A DNA stretch of 64,000 nucleotides, taken from a virus. Position 1 is the first letter of the stretch. Each line of letters begins with the position of its first letter. A program made the translations under genes and the position numbers. Positions 37,727 through 45,840 of this stretch are shown here, piece after piece. The DNA lies in IMG/VR virus record IMGVR_UViG_3300000553_000012, positions 32,390 through 96,389 of that record. The stretch is one strand, 5' to 3'. The notes under the pieces were generated by a model. The model saw only the letters and a program-made list of their open reading frames with translations. It had not been told where the DNA came from and ran no database searches.

Positions 37727-38458
37727 TTATATAGTGTAGCCTGATGCCACAGCATCATTAAAGAACATTTGACAAGTTTCTTTAGAAAATTGTGTTGGAT
37801 TTTTAATGCCAAATCCATGAACTTTCTTAATTAGATCGGGCGTCATTGTAATAATATGACAGCCACAACCATCCGCTTCAATATAGTTAAATGCCTCACG
37901 GGAACTGGCCCATAGAAATTCACATTTATTATGATTTGTATATTCATAACAATAATCAATACCATCTACAATAATATTAACGGGGTCAATACCAATATCA
38001 GCAAGACGTCCGGCAAATACCGACACAATACTTGGAACTTCTGTATTTAGATTATTAACAGCATTTTTAATCTGTTCAAGCGTAAACACTGCCGTGACAT
38101 TTAATGAAATGCCTTCATCGCTGAGTTGCTTAATAAGATTGTATGTAGGTGTACCGTCTGTATGCATAATAGGGATCTTAACATATACATGATAACTATA
38201 CTTTTTGCCCCAGCTATCAATTAGACGGGCCTGACGAATAATATCTGAATCATTATCCGCAAAAACTTCAAGACTTAAACATGTGTCAGGACGAAGACTT
38301 GCTAATTTTGCAATCAACGTATTGGCAAATTCTGTATAATCAGTAACACCGGCTTGACGCATAAGAGTAGGATTAGTAGTAAATCCTAGTATATTTGGAT
38401 TGGCGGCGGCTTCAATGATACCATTCATATCGGCACCATCGGCAAATAATTTAATCAT
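37727..38458 (-). CDS. tal: transaldolase
   Basis: LFADGAD, GFTTNPTLM, VYVKIP (Schiff-base Lys), NVTAVF, SVFAGR, LWASSRE. Confidence 0.9.
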   Translation of the reverse strand: MIKLFADGADMNGIIEAAANPNILGFTTNPTLMRQAGVTDYTEFANTLIAKLASLRPDTCLSLEVFADNDSDIIRQARLIDSWGKKYSYHVYVKIPIMHTDGTPTYNLIKQLSDEGISLNVTAVFTLEQIKNAVNNLNTEVPSIVSVFAGRLADIGIDPVNIIVDGIDYCYEYTNHNKCEFLWASSREAFNYIEADGCGCHIITMTPDLIKKVHGFGIKNPTQFSKETCQMFFNDAVASGYTI

Positions 38459-38982
38459 TTATTTAGACTCCATATCAGTGAACAAGCTTCAAAAACATTT
38501 TCTGCCTCATAATCGGGCTTAATATTTTCATATTCTTTTGGGCATTCATATTCATCGAATATGCCATTTTTAATCCATATAGTTTTCAGACCGGCATTGT
38601 GGCCGCATACCACATCTCTCCACCTATCGCCAACAAAAAAACTCTTAGAGATGTCTACATTATGAATACTACGTAAATAATCTATCATACCTGTATTGGG
38701 TTTATAACTATTTGATCCACGTATTCTAGATGAAATAACATCATCAAAACAAAAATATGTCATATAGAGTTTCATCATTTCATCATGAAATTCATCTGTA
38801 ACTTCAGGATCGGGTTGATTAGTCACCATAAAGGTTTTATATCCAAGGTCTTGAATTAGAAGAATAGCTTGTTTTGAATTATTAAAAAATATAATATCTT
38901 TCATATTCCAAGCACCATGTGGTGGTGTGCCAACCATAGGCGATAATACACCATCTTTATCAAAAAAGACCGATTTTACCAT
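38455..38982 (-). CDS. gmhB: HAD phosphatase, GmhB-like heptose-1,7-bisphosphate phosphatase
   Basis: FFDKDGVL, VTNQ, KPNTGM, VGDRWRD. Confidence 0.82.
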   Translation of the reverse strand: MVKSVFFDKDGVLSPMVGTPPHGAWNMKDIIFFNNSKQAILLIQDLGYKTFMVTNQPDPEVTDEFHDEMMKLYMTYFCFDDVISSRIRGSNSYKPNTGMIDYLRSIHNVDISKSFFVGDRWRDVVCGHNAGLKTIWIKNGIFDEYECPKEYENIKPDYEAENVFEACSLIWSLNK

Positions 38983-39560
38983 TTCGTTTTATTCATTTGA
39001 AGAATTGGATGAGATACTAAACAATGCCATACTACTGCCTGAAAAGCTTCTGAGTGTGGTGTTATTCTAGTAGGTTCTACTATAGGTATGATAATAGAAA
39101 CATCGCTATTGTGGGCTGCATATCCATCGGATTTTCCAACAATACTAAGAACTGTTCCAGTTTTTTCTTTAGCGTATTTGATTGCTTTGATCAAACCAAT
39201 CGAAACATTCTTTTCTTCATTACCGCCTCCAACCGATAAAACAAAAATAGTATCATTTTTATTAAATCGACTTACTTGAAGAAACTGTTCAAAGATTGTA
39301 TCAAACCCTTCATCGTTTGTTCGAGCAGTTAGCTCACTTGAATTATCTGTCGGGGCGTAAGCTTCAATATTACATAATTTACGAAGATCATTGACCATAT
39401 GAGAAGCATTACCGGCCGAACCGCCTACACCAAGAACAAATACACGACCTTTATTAATTTGTGTTTTATGAAGGCTCTTGGCTATATCTTCAATTTTATT
39501 GGTATCAATTTGTGTTGCAATATCTACTACTTCATTAAAAAAAATATTACTAAAACTCAT
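38976..39560 (-). CDS. gmhA: SIS-domain phosphoheptose isomerase
   Basis: GVGGSAGNASH..NDL, TARTND.G, E..Q..WH. Confidence 0.85.
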   Translation of the reverse strand: MSFSNIFFNEVVDIATQIDTNKIEDIAKSLHKTQINKGRVFVLGVGGSAGNASHMVNDLRKLCNIEAYAPTDNSSELTARTNDEGFDTIFEQFLQVSRFNKNDTIFVLSVGGGNEEKNVSIGLIKAIKYAKEKTGTVLSIVGKSDGYAAHNSDVSIIIPIVEPTRITPHSEAFQAVVWHCLVSHPILQMNKTKW

Positions 39561-39561
39561 A

Positions 39562-39969
39562 CTATTTAATCCTTTTTCTCAAATCAGTTGAACTATATGA
39601 ATGCATTCTGGGAGAATTGAAAAAGATTGTGATTCCTTTATGGTCACAAATATCTTTACCAGTAAAATTAGTTTTATTATATTCATAACCCAAGAATCTA
39701 ATATTTATGGGTAATGTGGCCATCATATTTTCTAAGTCTTTTTCTGTATCATATGGTACTATTTTATTAACAAACTTACATGCTGTTAATTGAATATATC
39801 GTTCAAAAACTGATTGAATGGGTCTTTGCTTATCATTTGGCCTATCAATAGTTGGATCTGTGTGTAGTCCAACTATTAAATAATTACAATTATTTTTACA
39901 TTCTTCTAGCATTGTAATATGCCCGGGGTGTAATAGATCAAATGCCCCACAAGTAAATCCTACAATCAT
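39562..39969 (-). CDS. HxGH cytidylyltransferase-superfamily nucleotidyltransferase (TagD/HldC-like)
   Basis: GAFDLLHPGH, LIVGL..D, ER, SSTDLR. Confidence 0.85.
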   Translation of the reverse strand: MIVGFTCGAFDLLHPGHITMLEECKNNCNYLIVGLHTDPTIDRPNDKQRPIQSVFERYIQLTACKFVNKIVPYDTEKDLENMMATLPINIRFLGYEYNKTNFTGKDICDHKGITIFFNSPRMHSYSSTDLRKRIK

Positions 39970-40148
39970 AATTTATTAATTTCTGGTTCTTCAATTTCAA
40001 TATCTTCAATATATCTATCTTGATAATCTTTTGCTACTTCTAGACAAAAAGATAATACTGCCAATGGACTAATACGAGCAGCAATATTAATTATAATCCA
40101 TTTTGCGACTACTGCTCGTATATATTCCCACCGTGTCAGTTTAGACAT
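39966..40148 (-). CDS. hypothetical protein
   Basis: 60-aa ORF coupled to neighbours. Confidence 0.55.
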   Translation of the reverse strand: MSKLTRWEYIRAVVAKWIIINIAARISPLAVLSFCLEVAKDYQDRYIEDIEIEEPEINKL

Positions 40149-40419
40149 TTTGATACACTACAAAATTAATTATAGAATCCTTACGAAACGATCTCCAGTT
40201 GTTTGCTTCGGTATCCCAAACTGAAACTACATCTGTATTTTCTTTACGTTTTTGTGCTTGTTCTTCGGGATTAATTTGAATGGGTAAATATTTTTCATTC
40301 AAGGTACACAACATATTACGAATTGCACCATCTTTTTTTGTAAACTTGATTTGACAAATATTAGACTTTAAATCATCCATATAGTGTATTGGTAGTATCA
40401 TTATTTTTAATCCTTTCAA
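40141..40419 (-). CDS. SH3/WYL-like small phage protein
   Basis: FTKKDG..R.M.CTL, VWD....WRSFR. Confidence 0.75.
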   Translation of the reverse strand: MKGLKIMILPIHYMDDLKSNICQIKFTKKDGAIRNMLCTLNEKYLPIQINPEEQAQKRKENTDVVSVWDTEANNWRSFRKDSIINFVVYQNV

Positions 40420-40627
40420 CTAATTCATTATATCCACCAATATATTTTCCGTCTTCAAAGATTTGAGGAACAGTTTTTGCGTGTGGTACTTCAGTAAGAA
40501 GCATCTCCTTAAAATATTCAACTTTTTCAATATTAAATTCCACATAAGGAATATTCTTAGAAGTCAAAAGATTTTTTGCCGCGGTACAATAACTACAATT
40601 TGTTTTTGTATATATCCAATATGACAT
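40373..40627 (-). CDS. glutaredoxin
   Basis: CSYC, TVPQIF, IGGY. Confidence 0.9.
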   Translation of the reverse strand: MSYWIYTKTNCSYCTAAKNLLTSKNIPYVEFNIEKVEYFKEMLLTEVPHAKTVPQIFEDGKYIGGYNELVERIKNNDTTNTLYG

Positions 40628-40650
40628 ATGGTTCCTTTCTTATAGAATTT

Positions 40651-40725
40651 TGGTGCGCCCGGAAGGATTTGAACCTCCAACCAGACCGTTATGAGCGATC
40701 GGCTCTACCGTTGAGCTACAAGCGC
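40651..40725 (-). tRNA. tRNA with CAU anticodon, probably Ile2
   Basis: cloverleaf GCGCUUG..., loop CUCAUAA, encoded CCA; paired 1-72; resembles bacterial Ile2. Confidence 0.88.
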
Positions 40726-40729
40726 AAAT

Positions 40730-40804
40730 TGGTTGTCCCGCCGGGAATCGAACCCAGATCCTGCAGTTATAAGCTGCGCGCACTAACCGTTATGCTACGA
40801 GACG
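40730..40804 (-). tRNA. tRNA-Ile(UAU) with C1xA72 mismatch
   Basis: cloverleaf, loop CUUAUAA, UUCGAUU T-loop, encoded CCA. Confidence 0.85.
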
Positions 40805-40812
40805 TCAACATG

Positions 40813-40998
40813 TTATGATATAAAAGATATTTGTTTTTCCATATCTTTCATTTGAGAATATAATGCATTTACTTCTTTGCGTAGATTTTCAATTTCTTCA
40901 ATAGCATCAAAAGCACAATTGGCTTCGGTATAAGCTCCTAATATATCACAAACTTCAGCATATGCACGAAGTCTATCAATAATGTCAGGCTTTTCCAT
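40813..40998 (-). CDS. hypothetical protein
   Basis: DIIDRLR...AIEEIENLR phage motif. Confidence 0.6.
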   Translation of the reverse strand: MEKPDIIDRLRAYAEVCDILGAYTEANCAFDAIEEIENLRKEVNALYSQMKDMEKQISFIS

Positions 40999-41000
40999 GA

Positions 41001-41501
41001 TTAAATTTGTTCCTTATAAAAAATCATTGGTCCGAGTTGTGTAGTTTTAATCATATGTTTCCAATTTGGATGAACATATATTGCGTGAAAAAATAATGCT
41101 CCGTTAGAAACATCATATGTGTTTTTTCTATATACATATTCAGCAATTTTATAGGCCTTTTGATAGACCTTTTGATTAATGTGAGGAAGCTTATTTGAAC
41201 ACACCCAAGAAAATTGGCAATGATTTCCGTGCTTTTGATATACAACACCACAAGGAGTATCTGAAAATATTTTATTATATTTGGTTCTATTTATAATTAC
41301 ATTACTAACTGCCATTTGACTCTTTATTGGTTGATTTCCGGCTTCAAAATAAGCGTTGTCAGCCATACATTTAATTTGTCTTTCATCATTTAGATTCATT
41401 ATATTAGTTTGTATTGGATTTGCATATGTGCTATATACTCCAAATATAAATGATAATATAGCCAATAAAATTAGTACAATTAATTTATATTTGTTTAACA
41501 T
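41001..41501 (-). CDS. SleB/Hydrolase_2 cell-wall hydrolase with N-terminal TM
   Basis: CMADNAYFEA, NVIINR, CQFSW, GALFFHA.YV.P.W; start MLNKYK after AAGAGGA. Confidence 0.85.
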   Translation of the reverse strand: MLNKYKLIVLILLAILSFIFGVYSTYANPIQTNIMNLNDERQIKCMADNAYFEAGNQPIKSQMAVSNVIINRTKYNKIFSDTPCGVVYQKHGNHCQFSWVCSNKLPHINQKVYQKAYKIAEYVYRKNTYDVSNGALFFHAIYVHPNWKHMIKTTQLGPMIFYKEQI

Positions 41502-41509
41502 TTTAGTCC

Positions 41510-41712
41510 TCTTAGTAAATGATTTTGGTTCAGATCCAAAAATCTGACTACTAAGAAGATACAAAGACCTTCATCGTCCATCCCTTTCGACTTAGGAATG
41601 CAAAATCATTAGTGTTTTCGTTGGTGGAATTATCATGAAGATAATTCCGCTTTCTAGCCATCTATGACATTGAAGCTTGCGTCGAATAGTATGGAAGAGT
41701 GATCTTCCACTT
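41510..41712 (-). ncRNA. candidate structured leader RNA upstream of cell-wall hydrolase
   Basis: follows TATAAATA (41714-41721); several hairpins and crossing long-range pairings. Confidence 0.55.
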
Positions 41713-41723
41713 ATATTTATATG

Positions 41724-42110
41724 TTATCGTCTCATACTTGCTATTTCTTTTGCCTTTTCTTTGTTATCAGCAAAAATCGGCACCAAATTAGATTTATGCA
41801 TAACAGCCACACCGATAAGTTTATTTTCTCCGGAATAAACCATTGCTTTTGGTTTAACCGCCACTCCACTAGGAATAATATCTGATGTCTTTGGCGTGTA
41901 TCTATCAATAGGACTAGAATACATACCATAGCTATTGGAGGGGCTTGGAGTGGGTTGTTTATTATTAGATGAGGTATATCCCATCTTTTTAAGATGCTTA
42001 TCTAGCTCTTTCTGTGCAGCTATAATTTTAGCAGTTTTTTTTGATGTTTTTCGCCTACGAGTGTTTGTTGTGGTAAAATAAACCGGCATTAACGTCATAT
42101 CAACCTCCAT
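41724..42110 (-). CDS. conserved phage hypothetical protein
   Basis: YSG..LIGVAVMHKSNLVPIF...A.EIASMRR. Confidence 0.75.
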   Translation of the reverse strand: MEVDMTLMPVYFTTTNTRRRKTSKKTAKIIAAQKELDKHLKKMGYTSSNNKQPTPSPSNSYGMYSSPIDRYTPKTSDIIPSGVAVKPKAMVYSGENKLIGVAVMHKSNLVPIFADNKEKAKEIASMRR

Positions 42111-42115
42111 ATTAG

Positions 42116-42148
42116 AAGATTATAATATCATATGTTAAATTAATGTCA
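42116..42148 (-). promoter_or_regulatory. sigma70-like early promoter
   Basis: TTGACA...ATATGATATTATAATCTT. Confidence 0.6.
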
Positions 42149-42631
42149 ATAATCAAAAACAGCAATTAAATCTGGAAGTTCTCCTAAGTCTGAATTATGG
42201 TGTGCAGAGTTAAACATTTTAAAATCATCTTTGATATATTTTTGAACTTGCCAAATTGGATAAGGAACCCTATGAATTCCGTGATTTTTTCCTCTATGAT
42301 GCGACATACATAACACTTTCATATTATACGGACTATCTATAAAATCTTCCGATTCTTTAAATGAAGACCAATCAAAATCAGGATGATCTATTTTTACTTT
42401 ATTCCAATCAATAGCATTAGCATATGCCCATTCTATATAAAAATGATGACATTCTCTGTTTTCTTTAGATCCACATATCCAACAAGGAATATCTTCTTCT
42501 TTTATTAATTTTTTTACTGTACGTTTAAATGTGGAAGAAGAAGTTCTCTTTTCATGGTAAGGATACCACACATCAATTTCAAAACTATCTTTTACTTCAT
42601 GCCGATCTAGTGAGTTTGTCATTAGTCCCAA
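42146..42631 (-). CDS. HNH-like protein
   Basis: CWICG...ECHH...NMKVLC..HH...GIH. Confidence 0.7.
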   Translation of the reverse strand: MGLMTNSLDRHEVKDSFEIDVWYPYHEKRTSSSTFKRTVKKLIKEEDIPCWICGSKENRECHHFYIEWAYANAIDWNKVKIDHPDFDWSSFKESEDFIDSPYNMKVLCMSHHRGKNHGIHRVPYPIWQVQKYIKDDFKMFNSAHHNSDLGELPDLIAVFDY

Positions 42632-43044
42632 AGTGCTCTAAAATATTTACCAAATAGTCGAAGACCATTATCAATTCGCGCACAATATGAATTATATTTT
42701 TCTATATCAAATACTGATTTTGATTCCCAACAAGAATTTGAAATTTCGCCAAAAGTAGAAATCATTTCATCAAGAACCCAAGTCCAACGGGCGTCAAAAT
42801 TATCATCAATGTCCCATTCATTTATTTTTTCAGGGGCCGCGGTTGAACGAATATCTTCAGGTACATCTTCATCATCTACAAAAGGTGTACCGTGTTTAGT
42901 TTCTTTTAATTGAATAAGCATTGGATGAATAATTAAAGAAAGCGTGTGATCCATATTCCAAGTATCCCATGGATCGATTTTGATTTCAATCTTACGTTCT
43001 TTTCCAGATTCAAAGCTGGGAAATCTACCTAACTTAATTTTCAT
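42622..43044 (-). CDS. conserved phage hypothetical protein
   Basis: WDTWNMDHTL, LDEMI..F, GLRLFGKYFRALWD. Confidence 0.75.
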   Translation of the reverse strand: MKIKLGRFPSFESGKERKIEIKIDPWDTWNMDHTLSLIIHPMLIQLKETKHGTPFVDDEDVPEDIRSTAAPEKINEWDIDDNFDARWTWVLDEMISTFGEISNSCWESKSVFDIEKYNSYCARIDNGLRLFGKYFRALWD

Positions 43045-43297
43045 TAGTAGCTTCTTTCTTTGGTTTTGGATTACCCCAATATGTATTAGTCTTAACTTTA
43101 ATAAACCTACGGTTAGTTGCTGATTTATCTGGATTTGGTATGGTAATCCATGGATTCTTCAATTGTTTCCATGCAATTGAAATATTTTCTAATTTTTGTA
43201 AATAAGTTCTATCTGCTCGAATAGATTGGCAAATTCCGCGAGAAACTGTAGAATGAATTCCTTTTGATGTATACTTTTTTCGTGTTTTTACTGCCAT
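43034..43297 (-). CDS. hypothetical protein
   Basis: basic 87-aa ORF, NPWITIPNP. Confidence 0.65.
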   Translation of the reverse strand: MAVKTRKKYTSKGIHSTVSRGICQSIRADRTYLQKLENISIAWKQLKNPWITIPNPDKSATNRRFIKVKTNTYWGNPKPKKEATNEN

Positions 43298-43321
43298 TTT
43301 ATATTCCTTTAATTATTAAAT

Positions 43322-43395
43322 TGGAGAGACCGGAGAGAATCGAACTCTCATCTTTGGCTTGGAAGGCGATTATAATACCATTATACTACGGTCTC
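43322..43395 (-). tRNA. tRNA-Gly(UCC)
   Basis: GAGACCG/CGGUCUC-U-CCA, loop CUUCCAA; anticodon stem has mismatches. Confidence 0.8.
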
Positions 43396-43396
43396 G

Positions 43397-43618
43397 TTAC
43401 GGAAGCATATCATAAAATTTGCCGGAATTTTGGCCGATTGCTCTTACTCTATTTTTTGGATATCTTTTTTTAGCATATTCTAATGCTCTAGCTATAGATT
43501 GGGGCCTATTAGCTATGCCTCCTTCTATTTTTCTCCATGTATTATCTATACCTAAGACTTCAATTATAATTGTTTCATATTTTTCTGAAGCTTCATTGAA
43601 ATCTTTAAAATTTTTCAT
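43397..43618 (-). CDS. small protein with capsid-targeting-like N-terminus
   Basis: MKNFKDFNE. Confidence 0.6.
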   Translation of the reverse strand: MKNFKDFNEASEKYETIIIEVLGIDNTWRKIEGGIANRPQSIARALEYAKKRYPKNRVRAIGQNSGKFYDMLP

Positions 43619-43845
43619 TAGACTGCCATTTTTGGAGTTGCTGGTGATAATGCATTTAAGGAATCGAATAACATAGCATCGGCTGATTCTTGACTACCAA
43701 AACTAATACCTAATCCTCGTCTAGCATATGCAGCCATTACTGTAGCCAATACTGTAAGCTCTTCGCCAGTTTCACATTCCATAATTATTTCATCTAATTT
43801 ATTTAAGAAATGCTTTACTTTTAGTTCTAATTCAATATCATCCAT
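43618..43845 (-). CDS. hypothetical protein
   Basis: 75-aa ORF with SD. Confidence 0.6.
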   Translation of the reverse strand: MDDIELELKVKHFLNKLDEIIMECETGEELTVLATVMAAYARRGLGISFGSQESADAMLFDSLNALSPATPKMAV

Positions 43846-43882
43846 CTTAATTCCTTGATAAGAGTTTTAAATAATTATACAT

Positions 43883-43957
43883 TGGTGCTCTCACTCTGAC
43901 TTGCACAGAGAATAAGGGGTTACAAAACCCTCGGTATACTACTTTACCTATGAGAGC
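43883..43957 (-). tRNA. tRNA-Thr(UGU)
   Basis: GCUCUCA/UGAGAGC-A-CCA, loop UUUGUAA; atypical T-loop UGCAAGU. Confidence 0.78.
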
Positions 43958-44239
43958 TTACTTTTCATTATAATATTCTACAGCATAATCTTTTATAAAA
44001 ATCAAATCATTATTATCAATATGCTTTTGAACACAGGTATCACATAAAATAGCGCCATTATGATAATCTACTTCTTCTACAAATTTCCAAACTTGTAGAT
44101 CAATAATATTTGATCCATAATGTCCAAAAAGTCTTCCTGTGCTTTTTTGATATTCAGAAGAACAATTTTTAGCTTGAGTTTCAGAATAATAGTTTTCATA
44201 TTTTATATTACAACTATCACATTTTACATATTTTTTCAT
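43958..44239 (-). CDS. hypothetical Zn-binding protein
   Basis: CDSC...GHYGS...CDTC. Confidence 0.6.
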   Translation of the reverse strand: MKKYVKCDSCNIKYENYYSETQAKNCSSEYQKSTGRLFGHYGSNIIDLQVWKFVEEVDYHNGAILCDTCVQKHIDNNDLIFIKDYAVEYYNEK

Positions 44240-44856
44240 TATATACTCGTTGTTGTTATAGACGTTTTTCCTGAATGATCATCATGATTGACATGATGTG
44301 CGTGAAAATTGACATCCGGATGATCTTGTTTTAATGATAAAAACGAAGAAAGATTGTCTTTAGAATCATCATATAAATGAACAGACTTATAGCCATGTTG
44401 TTTAATTAGATTAGAAATAACTTTTCTTTTTGTTTCGGGTGGACGGCCTTCCATATTTCCGGCGCGTCTTACATGAACTTTATTAATATCTATACCATAT
44501 TTATTCATAAACTCTGAAAACTTTGGCTGATCATCAAAATCTGATCTAGCAGTTACAATTTCTGTTTTACCTCCCTGTCTATGTATTGCTTTTAGTTTAG
44601 CAAGCATTTTACGGATTGGTTTTGCAGTTTGATTGAGTTTGTTAGCTGATCTAAAATCGCTAAAATCATAACTATGTCCTGATGGAAGCTTATGATTATT
44701 GAATTCTTGATTAGTAAGAGACTGTACTCTTTCTCCTTGAGGATTTAACACATGAATTTGTAATTTACTTGGATCATGCGCAAAAAGAGTTTCATCCATA
44801 TCAAATGCATGAAGTGTATTATTAGACTCATATACAAATTGAACAAAAGATGTCAT
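44239..44856 (-). CDS. HAD-superfamily phosphatase-like protein, His-rich
   Basis: FDMDETL, VTAR, K, YDDS; MTSFVQFVYE start. Confidence 0.78.
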   Translation of the reverse strand: MTSFVQFVYESNNTLHAFDMDETLFAHDPSKLQIHVLNPQGERVQSLTNQEFNNHKLPSGHSYDFSDFRSANKLNQTAKPIRKMLAKLKAIHRQGGKTEIVTARSDFDDQPKFSEFMNKYGIDINKVHVRRAGNMEGRPPETKRKVISNLIKQHGYKSVHLYDDSKDNLSSFLSLKQDHPDVNFHAHHVNHDDHSGKTSITTTSI

Positions 44857-44882
44857 TTTTTATCCTTTTTGGATATTTATTA

Positions 44883-44957
44883 TGGCGCGTCTGCTAGGAA
44901 TCAAACCTAGAATAAAAGTTTAGAAGACTCTTGTGATATTCATTTCACCACAGACGC
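44883..44957 (-). tRNA. tRNA-Arg(UCU)
   Basis: GCGUCUG/CAGACGC-G-CCA, loop CUUCUAA. Confidence 0.8.
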
Positions 44958-44963
44958 CAAAAT

Positions 44964-45182
44964 TTAATATTTTTTAATTTTTTTGTCTAATGAAATTTCA
45001 GCCCAATCCAGCCAATCGAGTTCTTCATTATCTAATCGTTCACCATGCTTATATCTTTTCATAAGCTCATCTCGCATTTGTTTGATGGCGCTTACTCCAT
45101 TTTTATATGTCGGTAAAGAATATTGTTTGACACTCATCATGCTAAGTTTCCTTTCATATTCATATTTAATATCATTATACAA
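44964..45182 (-). CDS. hypothetical protein
   Basis: last minus-strand ORF before strand switch; start uncertain. Confidence 0.5.
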   Translation of the reverse strand: MYNDIKYEYERKLSMMSVKQYSLPTYKNGVSAIKQMRDELMKRYKHGERLDNEELDWLDWAEISLDKKIKKY

Positions 45183-45204
45183 TCTTTTTAATTAATGTAA
45201 ATAG

Positions 45205-45212
45205 TATAAATA
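45205..45212 (+). promoter_or_regulatory. T4-type late promoter
   Basis: TATAAATA upstream of gp3-like gene. Confidence 0.65.
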
Positions 45213-45233
45213 AAAAAGAATTTGGAGAAATTT

Positions 45234-45749
45234 ATGACAACACCATTTCAACCATCAGATATTAATTTTTTATCTCCTCTTGGTTTTAAATTTCAAATTA
45301 CAAAGCTTCCTAATTTTGACTATTATGTTCAAAGTTTTGATTTTCCAGGTCTTACTCTAAATGAAACAAAAGATTTACAAACCCCGTTTAATAAAATAAT
45401 TATTCCGGGTGATCATACAACATGGGATCATTTTTCTGTTACATTTAAAATTGATGAAAATATGAACGGATATTTTGAAATTTATAATTGGATAATCGGA
45501 ATTGGCAAACCCGACAATTTTGGCCAATATGCGGCTTTAGCATCTCAACCAAATGGCTATGGAGTAGAAATTGATGCTGATCTTATAATTTTAAATGGAA
45601 CAATGAATCCCAATATAAAAGTAACTTTTCTTGATGTAATACCTGTCAGATTGTCAGGATTCAAATTTGATTCTACAGAAATAGATGTAAACTATATTAC
45701 AGCTACAGCAGAATTTAAATATCGAGAATATGTTTATTCTTTAGTTTAA
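45234..45749 (+). CDS. tail completion/tube terminator (T4 gp3-like)
   Basis: NFLSPLGFKF, PGD, F.IDENM..Y.EIYNW; position before uvsY-uvsW. Confidence 0.85.
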   Translation: MTTPFQPSDINFLSPLGFKFQITKLPNFDYYVQSFDFPGLTLNETKDLQTPFNKIIIPGDHTTWDHFSVTFKIDENMNGYFEIYNWIIGIGKPDNFGQYAALASQPNGYGVEIDADLIILNGTMNPNIKVTFLDVIPVRLSGFKFDSTEIDVNYITATAEFKYREYVYSLV

Positions 45750-45765
45750 TTACAAAAAATAGTTA

Positions 45766-45794
45766 TTGACAATTCAAATGTTTTATTGTATAAT
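45766..45794 (+). promoter_or_regulatory. sigma70-like promoter
   Basis: TTGACA-17-TATAAT. Confidence 0.75.
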
Positions 45795-45840
45795 GAGTAT
45801 AACGTGAAAAAATACTATACTATATTATGGAGAATATTCT

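Noticed and set aside
40576-40818. 80-aa plus-strand ORF, and similarly 43264-43473
   Set aside because: Antisense translation of tRNA genes
41502-41564. TTG-initiated N-terminal extension of the cell-wall hydrolase
   Set aside because: The ATG at 41501 has a proper SD; the extension lies in the structured leader
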